A stretch of 53,545 bases of DNA from Dehalococcoidales bacterium (GTDB lineage: Bacteria; Chloroflexota; Dehalococcoidia; Dehalococcoidales; RBG-16-60-22), in the NCBI GenBank assembly GCA_050014355.1, contig JBEKDL010000003.1, positions 1 to 53,545 of the forward strand, given 5' to 3'. The notes under the pieces were generated by a model, which saw only the letters and a list, made by a program, of their open reading frames with translations, was not told where the DNA came from and did no database searches. Shown one piece after another: positions 44,867 through 53,545 of the stretch. The position numbers and the translations under genes were made by a program. Positions within the stretch are counted from its first letter, which is position 1. Each line of letters starts with the position of its first letter.

Positions 44867-46070
44867 AGTATATATAGGCGATTGCCTAGAAATAATGAAA
44901 ACATTCCCTGAAAGTAACATAGACTTTGTGTATCTTGACCCGCCATTTTTCACAGGTAAAACACAAGAACTAATGACTAGAGACCGAACAGTGCGATTTT
45001 CGTTCTCTGATGCTTGGAAAAGTGCTGATGATTATACAACCTTTCTTTACAATAGGCTTTTAGAGATCAAAAGGATATTAAAAGATACTGGCTCAATATT
45101 TTTCCATTGTGACCGTAATGCCTCACATATTGCTAGATTTTTACTTAATAACGTATTTGGCGAAAATATGTTCCAATCAGAGATTATATGGCAATATCGA
45201 AGATGGTCAAACGAACAAAAAAGGCTTCTACCTGCACATCAAAACATACTTTTCTATACTAAGTCTCAAAATTATAAATTTAATACGATATATTTGCCTT
45301 ATTCGCCAGCAACAAATGTTGACCAAATACTTCAAAAGCGAGTTAGAGACAAACATCATAAATCTATCTATGCTATCAATGAAAATGGTGATACCATTTT
45401 TAATGGTCATAAAAAAGGTGTCCCTCTTGCGGATGTGTGGGATATACCATATTTAAATCCTAAAGCAAAAGAGAGAGTTGGTTACCCTACGCAAAAACCA
45501 ATTCTGCTATTGGAGCGTATTATACAACTTGTTACTGACAAAAACGATACTATTTTAGACCCTTTTTGTGGTTCTGGCACAACTCTAGTCGCAGCAGAAA
45601 TGTTAGAACGTAACTGTATTGGCATAGATATCTCCGAAGATGCTGTGCGTATCACGCAAGAGCGTTTGAAGTCACCATTGAAATCTAATTCGCATCTTAT
45701 GGAATGTGGCAGAGATTCTTATAATAATGCCGATAAAGATGCGATGACATTTCTAACAGGAATAGATATCGTTCCTGTCCAAAGAAATAAAGGAATAGAC
45801 GCCTTTTTAAGGGATGATTCTGTTTGTGGGTCTATTCCTATAAGAGTGCAAAGACAGAATGAAACTTTACCTCAAGCTGCTGAATATCTCCATAAGGCAT
45901 CTATAACAAAACACGCCTCTTTAATGATTCTGGTCGCAACACATGAAGATATGGAATTGTTTGGTGATCATATATCAATACCACAAATGATAGTCGTCAA
46001 CTCAACTGCAAAATCAATTAAAGATGCTATCCAACAATCAATATTAGTTCATTCGACTACTAGCATATAG
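44856..46070 (+). CDS. Beta-class N6-adenine/N4-cytosine DNA methyltransferase
   Basis: GDCLE, motif IV YLDPPF, ERVGYPTQKP, motif I LDPFCGSGTT in beta order. ATG 44856 overlaps the REase end by 11 nt. Confidence 0.92.
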   Translation: MKSEVYIGDCLEIMKTFPESNIDFVYLDPPFFTGKTQELMTRDRTVRFSFSDAWKSADDYTTFLYNRLLEIKRILKDTGSIFFHCDRNASHIARFLLNNVFGENMFQSEIIWQYRRWSNEQKRLLPAHQNILFYTKSQNYKFNTIYLPYSPATNVDQILQKRVRDKHHKSIYAINENGDTIFNGHKKGVPLADVWDIPYLNPKAKERVGYPTQKPILLLERIIQLVTDKNDTILDPFCGSGTTLVAAEMLERNCIGIDISEDAVRITQERLKSPLKSNSHLMECGRDSYNNADKDAMTFLTGIDIVPVQRNKGIDAFLRDDSVCGSIPIRVQRQNETLPQAAEYLHKASITKHASLMILVATHEDMELFGDHISIPQMIVVNSTAKSIKDAIQQSILVHSTTSI

Positions 46071-46126
46071 TTGATATTCTTTATCATTCTTAATTTAAAA
46101 TTGATACAATATCAATCCCCCTCGCC

Positions 46127-46155
46127 TTGACTCGAATTCAAGCACTCCGTATAAT
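46127..46155 (+). promoter_or_regulatory. Promoter for acyl-CoA dehydrogenase operon
   Basis: TTGACT (46127-46132), 17 bp, TATAAT (46150-46155). Confidence 0.65.
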
Positions 46156-46248
46156 TTAAGCGGAATAAAACTAAGTCAATGATTGCCTCCAACCAGCTGC
46201 CTGCACCGAATTTATTAATTCTCATCCTGCGGAGAGAGGAATAGAAAA

Positions 46249-47406
46249 TTGGACTACTTTTTAACCGAACAACAGAAGACGATTAAGAGCCTGGCCCGGC
46301 GCATCGCCGAGGAAAGAATCCTCCCCGTCCGGGCGGAGCTCGACGAGAAAGAGGAGTTCCCCTGGAATATTATGAAAGACCTGGCCGACGCCGATATGTT
46401 CCGCGTCTTCGTCCCGGAGGCGTACGAAGGGCTGGGCGGCGGCTGCCTGGAGCTGTGCCTGGTCACCGAGGAACTCTCCCGGGTATGCAGCGGCGTCGCC
46501 GTGAGCTATGCGGCCAGCGCTTTAGGCGTGATGACGGTGATGGAGTACGGCACAGAGGAGCAGAAGCGCAAGTATCTACCGGACATCGCCAGCGGCAAAA
46601 GGCTAGGCGCGTTCGCCATCACCGAGCCGATGGCTGGGAGCGACGCCGGCAACATCAAGACCACAGCGGAAAAGGTGGCGGGGGGCTACCTCCTCAACGG
46701 CACCAAGCAGTTCATCACCAACGGCGGTGAGGCTGAAATTTACACGATTATAGCTTTGACGGATAAGACTAAAGGCGCCCGCGGCGCCAGCGCCATCCTC
46801 GTCGAGAAAGGCACGCCGGGCTTTACCTTCGGCAAGAAAGAGAAAAAGATGGGTATACGCTCGTCGGCCACACGGGAGCTGGTCTTTAAAAACTGCCTTG
46901 TCCCGGAAGGCAACTTAATCGGCAAACCGGGACTGGGGTTCATCCAGGCCATGCGCCTTTTTGACCGCTCGCGGCCGGGCATCGGAGCGCAGGCGGTGGG
47001 CCTGGCCCAGGGCGCTTTAGAAGCCGCCGTGGACTACGCCCAGGAACGCATCCAGTTCAACCAGCCCATAATTACCCAGCCCGTCGTCCAGCAGATGCTG
47101 GCGGACATGGCCATCCAGACCGAGGCGGCGCGCGCTCTCGTCTACGCAGCAGCCAGGTATGTCGATAGCGGCGCCCGCAATGTCACCGAGGAATCGGCCA
47201 TGGCCAAGGTCTTCGCCTCCGACGCCGCCATGAAAGTGACGGTGGACGCGGTGCAGATTTGCGGCGGCGCCGGCTACATGCGGGACTACCCCGTCGAGAA
47301 AATGATGCGCGACGCTAAAATCCTCCAGATTTACGAAGGCACCAACCAGATTCTGCGGAACGCCATCGCGGTGAACCTGCGCAAGAGAAGGGCCCGGACG
47401 GCATGA
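46249..47406 (+). CDS. Acyl-CoA dehydrogenase (butyryl-CoA dehydrogenase-like)
   Basis: AFAITEP.AGSDA, LNGTKQFITNG, KMGIR.S.T.EL.F, R.QF, GG.GY..DYPVEK.MRDAKI.QIYEGTNQI. TTG start with SD. Confidence 0.95.
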   Translation: MDYFLTEQQKTIKSLARRIAEERILPVRAELDEKEEFPWNIMKDLADADMFRVFVPEAYEGLGGGCLELCLVTEELSRVCSGVAVSYAASALGVMTVMEYGTEEQKRKYLPDIASGKRLGAFAITEPMAGSDAGNIKTTAEKVAGGYLLNGTKQFITNGGEAEIYTIIALTDKTKGARGASAILVEKGTPGFTFGKKEKKMGIRSSATRELVFKNCLVPEGNLIGKPGLGFIQAMRLFDRSRPGIGAQAVGLAQGALEAAVDYAQERIQFNQPIITQPVVQQMLADMAIQTEAARALVYAAARYVDSGARNVTEESAMAKVFASDAAMKVTVDAVQICGGAGYMRDYPVEKMMRDAKILQIYEGTNQILRNAIAVNLRKRRARTA

Positions 47407-48188
47407 ACGTCATCGTCTGCCTGAAACAGGTACCCGGCACCACCGAAGTGAAAATCGACCCGCAGACCAACACCCTTGTCCGGCAGGGCATCGAGAGCAT
47501 CATCAACCCCTTCGATACCTATGCCATCGAAGAAGCGGTCAGGACCAAAGAGAAACACGGGGGCAAGGTCACGGTTATTACCATGGGGCCGCCCCAGGCG
47601 GAGGCGGCGCTACGCGAGGCTATTTCCCTGGGCGCCGACGAAGCAGTCTTGCTCTCCGACCGCGCCTTTGCCGGCGCGGACACCTGGGCTACCGCTTTCA
47701 CCCTTTCACGCGCCGTGGTGAAGCTGGGACAGTACGACCTCATCATCTGCGGACGGCAGACCATCGACGGCGATACCGGGCAGGTGGGCCCGGAGCTGGC
47801 AGAGATGCTGGGCATCCCTTTCATCGCCTATGTCAGCCAGGTAGAAGAGATTAAAGACGGCAAACTGCGCGCGCGGCGGATGGTCGAGGAAGGCCATGAG
47901 GTCATCGAGGCCGGTCTGCCGGCTTTAATCACCGTCTCCAAAGAAATCAATATCCCCCGCCTGCCCTCGCTGCGGGGTATCACCCGCTCCAGGAGCGCCA
48001 AAATCACGGTATGGGGCGTGGCCGACCTCGGCGTGGAACCGGCCAACGTAGGGCTTTCAGGTTCATCCACGCAGGTAATCAAGATATTTTTCCCTCAAAG
48101 TGTCTGCCAGGCGGAGATAATCACCGGCACCCCGGAAAGCCAGGTCGAAAAGCTCCTGGAGAAACTTAAAGGCACCAACCTGGTCTAA
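47403..48188 (+). CDS. etfB: Electron transfer flavoprotein beta subunit
   Basis: VCLKQVP, INPFD.YA.EEA, MGPPQA, GADT.AT, CGRQTIDGDTGQVGP, PRLPS. Confidence 0.95.
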   Translation: MNVIVCLKQVPGTTEVKIDPQTNTLVRQGIESIINPFDTYAIEEAVRTKEKHGGKVTVITMGPPQAEAALREAISLGADEAVLLSDRAFAGADTWATAFTLSRAVVKLGQYDLIICGRQTIDGDTGQVGPELAEMLGIPFIAYVSQVEEIKDGKLRARRMVEEGHEVIEAGLPALITVSKEINIPRLPSLRGITRSRSAKITVWGVADLGVEPANVGLSGSSTQVIKIFFPQSVCQAEIITGTPESQVEKLLEKLKGTNLV

Positions 48189-48211
48189 CATAAACTAAAA
48201 AAGGAATAAAA

Positions 48212-48907
48212 ATGACTATCACCTGGATAGCGTTGATAATAATCGGTTATCTCCTCGGCTCGGTGCCGCTCTCTTATCTGGCCGGCAAAGCGCGGGGGAT
48301 AGACTTAAGAAACCAGGGCACGCATCAGGTGGGGGGCGGCAACCTCTGGCGCCTGACATCCCGCAGGCTCGGCCTGCTCGTCGGCATCTTTGATTTTATC
48401 AAGGGTATTCTAATGGTTGTGATTGCCCGTCTCGTGGGGCTGGACGCCGGCCAGCAGCTTGTCGTAGGGCTGGCGGTCATCGTGGGGCATAACTGGCCGG
48501 TCTTTTTACGCTTTCACGGCGGGCGGGGCATCGCTACCCTGCTGGGACTGGCGGTGATACTCCCTGCAGTTAATCACATATCGCCCTGGCCCTCGGTAAT
48601 AGCCGTCGGTTTTACAGTATTGATGACGGTTATTTTTCGCTCTTCGCCCTTGCCGGTGCTTATCAGCGCCGCGTCTCTGCCATTGACCAGCTGGTTATTC
48701 CACAGTCCCGAGGCCGTGGCCTGGGGTTTCCTGGCTATTTTCGTGGTGGTCATCGTTAAACGTCTTACCGCCCAGCCGGCACCCGAGAAGATGCAAATCA
48801 GCCGCTTCCGCCTTTTCTTTAATCGCCTAGTTTTCGACCGCGATATTACCGATAAACATGCCTGGGTTCACCGTAAGCACTTCGACGAGAAGGAAATACT
48901 GGAATGA
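48212..48907 (+). CDS. plsY: PlsY-like glycerol-3-phosphate acyltransferase (divergent)
   Basis: GYLLGS.P, D..KG and GHNWP.FL.F.GGRG.AT present; motifs 1 and 3 diverged. Confidence 0.72.
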   Translation: MTITWIALIIIGYLLGSVPLSYLAGKARGIDLRNQGTHQVGGGNLWRLTSRRLGLLVGIFDFIKGILMVVIARLVGLDAGQQLVVGLAVIVGHNWPVFLRFHGGRGIATLLGLAVILPAVNHISPWPSVIAVGFTVLMTVIFRSSPLPVLISAASLPLTSWLFHSPEAVAWGFLAIFVVVIVKRLTAQPAPEKMQISRFRLFFNRLVFDRDITDKHAWVHRKHFDEKEILE

Positions 48908-49419
48908 CCGGCCCGGAACCGGTTAAATGCGCCACCCACCCCGATGTGCTCACCAACCTCCGATGCGGAAAGTGCGGCAAACCGATATGCCCGAAATGCA
49001 TGGTGCAGACGCCGGTAGGGGCAAGATGCCGCGAATGCGCCCGCCTCTATAAACTCCCTACCTTCCAGGTCTCCGGTCAATATTACCTCCGGGCTGCCGG
49101 AACGGCGTTGGGACTGGCCGTGGTCATCGGCCTGCTGTGGGGATTTATCGAGGCCGTCCTTCCGTCCTATTTTTTCAGCCTGATACTGGCCATCGGCATC
49201 GGCTGGGTCATCGGTGAGCTGGTCAGCCTGGCCGTAAACCGGAAACGGAGCAGCGGGCTGGCCGTGGTAGGCGGCGCGGGCGTAGCTCTTTGCTACGGCG
49301 TCGCTTACCTGATGGAATATTTACGGGCTGGCTTTGTCTCGTTCGACTTCTACCGGATAGCTTTTACGCTGGTGGCTATCGGTATCGGCGTTTATTTCGC
49401 GGTTAACCGCCTGCGCTAA
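48904..49419 (+). CDS. B-box-like zinc finger plus membrane domain protein
   Basis: CATHP....LRCGKCGKPICPKC......GARCRECA followed by about 4 TM helices. Confidence 0.8.
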   Translation: MTGPEPVKCATHPDVLTNLRCGKCGKPICPKCMVQTPVGARCRECARLYKLPTFQVSGQYYLRAAGTALGLAVVIGLLWGFIEAVLPSYFFSLILAIGIGWVIGELVSLAVNRKRSSGLAVVGGAGVALCYGVAYLMEYLRAGFVSFDFYRIAFTLVAIGIGVYFAVNRLR

Positions 49420-51125
49420 AGGCTTTTATCCACGATAACATCGAGCAGGGCGGCCCTGCCCCCGGCGATTTGCTTCAACCCGCGTTTCAGGGCAGACTGT
49501 ATTTTCTCCGGCTCTGTCAGCTTTTCGGCGAAAGCGCCGAAAGCTTCCGCTATTTTCACATAGTCCGGCGCGGGCTTGATGTCTACTCCGATAAAGTTGT
49601 CGTGGCTGGCAGCCCAACCCTGCGGGTATAGCGTGCGGTAGCCTTTTTTCATGGCCATATAGCCGCCATTATTTAGAATGATAATCAGGATGGGCAGATT
49701 ATACTCCTGGCCCAGGCCGAGACCTGCAAGCACCGGATTATAGTTAAAAGCGCCGTCACCGATGAGGAGGATGACCGGGCGGAGCGGATTGGCTAGTTTC
49801 ACACCGAGGGCGGCCCCCAAACCCACTCCCAGCCCGCCGTAAGCCGGTTTGATATAGCGGCCGGGTTCGGCCAGGTATTGGTGAAGAATATGCGTATGCA
49901 ATATGGTTTCATCGAGAATAATAGCGCCGTCGAGAAAAACACCTTTCGCTGAATGAAGCAACCACCGCGTAGCGATGGGCTTGTTCGCCTTTACGGCCAA
50001 AGCTTTTTTGACCATAGCTGTGGCCATTTCTTCGTGCTTCTGCCGCCAGCTCTCCAATCGTTCGCGGTAAAGCGCTGCGGAAGTTTTTTGCCGGGCTTTC
50101 TCGGCGCGCACGAGCTTTTCCAGAGCCGCCAGTCCCCCGGCGATATCAGCGTTAATGGCAATGTCGACGCGATAGTTCCAGTAAGGCCATCTTTCGTGCC
50201 GGGTGTCTTCGGCCAGCAAAATGATTTTAGCTTTATCTCCGGGGCCTGCCGAAGGAGGATACCACGGGACCGCAGCCGCCACCACGAAGACTATATCCGC
50301 CTCTTTGAGTGCTTCCGGCGTAACTTGGCCCTGGTAAAGCGGATGGGTACTTGAGATATTGGACGAAAAGTGGAGGATAGTATCGAATACCGGGGCGCTT
50401 AACATCTCTGCCAGCCTGGTTAATGTGGCCGCTGCCTCTGGATTCCGGCCGGCGTGGTCGGCGATGATAATCGGGTGTTTACCATTAATAAGTTGCTTTG
50501 ATACTTTGCGCAGGTCGCTTTCAGAAGGCTCAAGCGCCACGATATAAGGAACAGGCCGCTGGATTTTCGCGGTCGCGGCGGACTTCAGCAGCAGCTCGCT
50601 CGGGACGGAGATATAGACCGGCCCGCGCGGGGCCGAAAGCGCTATCTGGCTGCCGCGGAGAACGGCGTCCGCCAGCCCGTCCCTGGTTTTAACCGCACTA
50701 CTCCACTTCACGTAATCTTTGACTAGAGCCGAATTCCCGCCGATATCGGAAAGCAGCCCGAGCCATTGCCAGCCCTGCGCTTTGACTTCTTCATCGCCAC
50801 AATGCTCGCAGGTCTCGCCGCTGAAGATAAGCATCGGGGCGCGGGCACTTAAAGCGTTACGCATGGCCATGGCCCCCATGAGAGGGCCAACGCTCGAATG
50901 GAGTAACACCGCGGGCAGTCGGCCGGTTACTTCTGTATAGCCCTGGGCGGCGCTGATGGCCAGGATTTCATGCCGGCAGTTGATATACTTAAGGTTGATT
51001 TTGCCACCGCGGTTGAGCAGCCCCTCCCACAGCGGCGTCCACTCCGTGCCCGGCGAGCAAAAGACATACTCAACGCCGCAAGCCTCGAACAGGTCTAATA
51101 AGAGTTCGCCGCTGGTTATGACCAT
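49416..51125 (-). CDS. Thiamine pyrophosphate-dependent enzyme (acetolactate synthase/benzoylformate decarboxylase superfamily)
   Basis: GVEYVF..PGTE, RHE, PRGPVYISVP, GGLG.GLG.ALG, GDGAF...NNGGY TPP motif. Confidence 0.9.
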   Translation of the reverse strand: MVITSGELLLDLFEACGVEYVFCSPGTEWTPLWEGLLNRGGKINLKYINCRHEILAISAAQGYTEVTGRLPAVLLHSSVGPLMGAMAMRNALSARAPMLIFSGETCEHCGDEEVKAQGWQWLGLLSDIGGNSALVKDYVKWSSAVKTRDGLADAVLRGSQIALSAPRGPVYISVPSELLLKSAATAKIQRPVPYIVALEPSESDLRKVSKQLINGKHPIIIADHAGRNPEAAATLTRLAEMLSAPVFDTILHFSSNISSTHPLYQGQVTPEALKEADIVFVVAAAVPWYPPSAGPGDKAKIILLAEDTRHERWPYWNYRVDIAINADIAGGLAALEKLVRAEKARQKTSAALYRERLESWRQKHEEMATAMVKKALAVKANKPIATRWLLHSAKGVFLDGAIILDETILHTHILHQYLAEPGRYIKPAYGGLGVGLGAALGVKLANPLRPVILLIGDGAFNYNPVLAGLGLGQEYNLPILIIILNNGGYMAMKKGYRTLYPQGWAASHDNFIGVDIKPAPDYVKIAEAFGAFAEKLTEPEKIQSALKRGLKQIAGGRAALLDVIVDKSL

Positions 51126-51529
51126 TATTTCTCACCTCTAAGCTGTTGCATTAAGCCCACGTCAGTCACGTTCCAGAACTCCACCCACCGGCCTGCTTTG
51201 ATTCTAATTAAATTAAAAACAGAAATGTCTATTTTCTTTCCGGTTGGAGCGATGCCCAGATATTCATCGGAATGGGTAGCTTTCCAGTTTAATAACATGG
51301 CAACCGTGTCGCCTTCACCGACTATTTCCTTTATAGTGATTTCGAGGTCGGGAAACGTTTTGAAAAATTTTGGTGCGAATTGTTTTAACTGTCCCAGAGT
51401 AATATCCCCGGTTGGTAGATGTTCAATATACTCTGGAGCGAGAAGCTTAAAAAGGTCATCCATTTTTCTCTGGTTCCAGAGTTCTACGACATGCCTGACG
51501 AGCGCTTTATTTTCCTTAATAGACATCAT
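51125..51529 (-). CDS. SnoaL-like ester cyclase family protein
   Basis: ENKALV, FPDL..TI...VGEGD.V, TH..EYLGIAPTGK, GR.VE.W...D..LMQQL. Confidence 0.88.
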   Translation of the reverse strand: MMSIKENKALVRHVVELWNQRKMDDLFKLLAPEYIEHLPTGDITLGQLKQFAPKFFKTFPDLEITIKEIVGEGDTVAMLLNWKATHSDEYLGIAPTGKKIDISVFNLIRIKAGRWVEFWNVTDVGLMQQLRGEK

Positions 51530-51539
51530 GACCGCCCGT

Positions 51540-51896
51540 TTAGTCCTGACTCATCCCGGGCATCTTGCCGTTGACCAAAGGCACGACGCAAATCATGCGA
51601 AAAACGTCTTTGCCCGCGTTGAGGAAGCTGTGCTGCTCGTTGGGGAGCATGGTCGCAGCATCGCCTTCCGCCAGAGCGGTCTCTTTGCCGCCGCTCCTCA
51701 CCACGCCCTTGCCCGCCAGCACGTATACTTCGTGCTCCCAGGGGTGAGTGTGTAAAGGAGTGGCACTCCCCTGTTGAATCTCAAAGACGCGCATCACAAA
51801 GGTCGGGGCACCTTCAGAGGTCCCGGCAACCACGCGCATGGCAACGCCCGGCGCCGCTTTCACGCTCTCGACCTGGCGGTAGTTACGTATTTTCAT
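51540..51896 (-). CDS. Cupin domain protein
   Basis: GAP.F.MR.FE...G..TP.HTHPWEHEVYVL.G.G ... P.EQHSF.N. Start ATG 51896 with SD AGGAGG; the ORF-track extension to 52175 is spurious. Confidence 0.9.
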   Translation of the reverse strand: MKIRNYRQVESVKAAPGVAMRVVAGTSEGAPTFVMRVFEIQQGSATPLHTHPWEHEVYVLAGKGVVRSGGKETALAEGDAATMLPNEQHSFLNAGKDVFRMICVVPLVNGKMPGMSQD

Positions 51897-51978
51897 GCTG
51901 CCTCCTTTGCAGTACCGCGAATAACGGTAGTATACTGGCAAAGAGATCCCTCCGTCAAAAAAGATTTGAGATTTCCTT

Positions 51979-53379
51979 ATGAGCGCCTTATGGATTATTC
52001 TGGCCGTCATCGTTATCCTGTACAGCGTGGCTTTATGGTGGTTTAACGGCCGCCGGCCAAGACTGCGTTTGAATATCGAACAGCTTCGTAATGACCCCTG
52101 GCAGCCGGCAAAAGATTTTCTCTGGGGCAGCGCCACTTCCTCCCACCAGGTTGAAGGCAATTGTACTAATAACAACTGGTATGAGTTCGAGTCCGCCGTC
52201 GACGAGGACGGACAACCCCGTATTTTGAACGGCCAGAAAGCCGGCCTGGCCAGCGACCACTGGAACCGCTATAAGGAAGATATCGACCTGATGAAGGCAC
52301 TCGACCTGAACGCCTACCGCTTTTCGGTCGAGTGGAGCAAGATTGAGCCGGAGCCGGGGAAATACGATGAAAAATCGCTCGACCACTACGAACAGGTCAT
52401 CGATGAGCTTCTGTCCAAAGGCATCGAGCCGATGGTCACGCTCCACCATTTTACCGACCCACTCTGGTTTACGGAGCAGGGCGCTTTCTTCCAGGAAAAT
52501 TCCCCCAAAATCTTCGCCGGCTTCGTGGAAAAAGTGGTCGCGCGTCTCGGCTCTAAAGTAAAACTCTGGTGCACCATCAACGAGCCATCGATTTACGCTA
52601 CGATGGGATATCTCCAGGCGCACTTTCCCCCCGCCGTGAAAGACCCCAGGAATGTCGGTGTTGTTTTCCGGAACCTGCTGCGCGCCCACACTGCCGCTTA
52701 CCAGGTTATTAAAAAGCTCCAGCCGCAGGCGCAGGTGGGACTGGCGGCAGCATTGCTGATTTACGACCCCCGCTACCGCTGGAACCTCCTCGATGTTTAC
52801 ACCGCGCGCGCATTCAATCGCAGCCTGAACGCGTCACAGCTGGCCTACCTGGTGCACGGCTATTTCCGCTTCGGCCTTCCCGGCGCGGCAACTGAATCGT
52901 ATTTAAACGATACTAAAGGCAATTTCGACTTTGTCGGATTAAATTACTACTCCCGCGCGATTATTAAATTCAGCCCAGCCGGCGACAACATCCTTAGGTT
53001 GCCAAACCGGACACCGCCGGAAAAACTGACGGACATGGGGTGGGAAATTTATCCAGAGGGGCTTTACCGCTGTTTGAAATTCATCTCCGGCTACACCTCC
53101 AAACCTATCTATATCACCGAAAACGGCATCGCCGACGACAGCGATACTAAACGGGCGAAGTTTATCGAAGACCACCTGCTCGTGATGAACCGCGCGATGG
53201 CCGAGGGCATGAATTTGAAGGGCTATTTTTACTGGTCGCTGCTCGATAACTTCGAGTGGGCGTTCGGCTTTACAAAGCGGTTCGGCCTTTACCACGTCGA
53301 TTACGCCACGCAACAACGCACCCTGCGCGAGGGTAGCCGCAAGTACTCCGAGATGATACTGCGAAGCCGTAACGAATAA
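51979..53379 (+). CDS. Glycoside hydrolase family 1 protein with N-terminal membrane anchor
   Basis: FLWGSATSSHQVEG, YRFS.EWS.IEP, TLHHF, TINEP (acid/base), GLNYY, YITENG (nucleophile), WSLLDNFEW..G...RFGL. Confidence 0.94.
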   Translation: MSALWIILAVIVILYSVALWWFNGRRPRLRLNIEQLRNDPWQPAKDFLWGSATSSHQVEGNCTNNNWYEFESAVDEDGQPRILNGQKAGLASDHWNRYKEDIDLMKALDLNAYRFSVEWSKIEPEPGKYDEKSLDHYEQVIDELLSKGIEPMVTLHHFTDPLWFTEQGAFFQENSPKIFAGFVEKVVARLGSKVKLWCTINEPSIYATMGYLQAHFPPAVKDPRNVGVVFRNLLRAHTAAYQVIKKLQPQAQVGLAAALLIYDPRYRWNLLDVYTARAFNRSLNASQLAYLVHGYFRFGLPGAATESYLNDTKGNFDFVGLNYYSRAIIKFSPAGDNILRLPNRTPPEKLTDMGWEIYPEGLYRCLKFISGYTSKPIYITENGIADDSDTKRAKFIEDHLLVMNRAMAEGMNLKGYFYWSLLDNFEWAFGFTKRFGLYHVDYATQQRTLREGSRKYSEMILRSRNE

Positions 53380-53396
53380 CCAACAATCTTTAAGCT

Positions 53397-53545
53397 ATGC
53401 GCGCTGATATTGTTCTTAAAAACGCCAACGTCATCACCATGGACGCCGTCCAACCTCGCGCGGAGCTGGTGGCCATCTCCGGCGATAAAATAGCGCTGGC
53501 GGCCGGTAACGGCGCGCTCGAAGCCGTTTCAGGTAAAAAGACCAG
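53397..53545 (+). CDS. Amidohydrolase (YtcJ/Amidohydro_3-like), N-terminal fragment running off window end
   Basis: Manual translation MRADIVLKNANVITMDAVQPRAELVAISGDKIALAAGN..., a typical amidohydrolase N-terminal beta-domain. Confidence 0.75.
   Translation, partial: MRADIVLKNANVITMDAVQPRAELVAISGDKIALAAGNGALEAVSGKKT

Larger units (their letters stand above)
43925..46110 (+). mobile_element. AT-rich horizontally acquired islet (small ORF plus type II R-M system); no mobility gene seen
   Basis: Abrupt compositional shift after the ispH stop; own promoter TTGACT (43935-43940), 17 bp, TAAAAT (43958-43963). Boundaries approximate. Confidence 0.6.

Noticed and set aside
43925-46132. Target-site duplication flanking the R-M islet (CCC...TTGACT at both ends)
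   Set aside because: The shared sequence is only the -35 hexamer of two promoters; there is no convincing direct repeat.
33109-52175. ORF-track N-terminal extensions of the HDAC (to 34314), plsC (from 42181), patB (to 42407), CDF (from 32127) and cupin (to 52175) genes
   Set aside because: The extensions overlap neighbouring genes or promoters; downstream starts with an SD, -10 box or adjacent upstream stop match the family N-termini.
207-53316. Many alternative-frame and antisense ORFs in the six-frame track (e.g. 38157-38972, 42895-43857, 52033-52689, 11400-12044)
   Set aside because: They overlap well-supported genes, lack recognisable motifs and are the expected shadows of GC3-rich coding sequence.

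Overview
Gene-dense, moderately GC-rich bacterial chromosomal segment, most likely Chloroflexota (Dehalococcoidia-like). That placement is inferred from the mtnA-mtnP-core methionine synthase cluster, an AGAAC-N4-GTTCT LexA box and a nurA/HAS-barrel/herA set. There are about 57 CDSs. I recognised no rRNA, tRNA, CRISPR array, transposase or integrase. Main blocks: (1) tldD-pmbA-PAC2-GNAT-mtnA-[AT-rich insert]-mtnP-core methionine synthase; (2) a split COG2187/COG0645-type kinase pair; (3) acyl-CoA enzymes; (4) an SOS-boxed imuB-small ORF-dnaE2 cassette with no imuA, divergent from an XRE regulator whose two promoters share a TACAC-N6-GTGTA palindrome; (5) queA, a tRNA nucleotidyltransferase (probably CC-adding), secDF and a CDF transporter; (6) nurA-[two exported proteins plus a basic mini-peptide]-HAS-barrel-herA-patatin; (7) plsC-ispH followed by an AT-rich ApaLI/XbaI-family type II R-M island; (8) acyl-CoA dehydrogenase-etfB with no adjacent etfA, a divergent plsY, a TPP-enzyme operon and a membrane-anchored GH1. 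Three families of small intergenic repeats recur. Best candidates for something undescribed: the AT-rich single-gene AbiJ-NTD-like/NDT-like insert with a divergent promoter-terminator mini-transcript, the XRE operator circuit next to the mutasome, the interrupted nurA-herA locus, and the split kinase with a Trp-substituted P-loop. All family assignments come from motif recognition by eye; no database searches were run.
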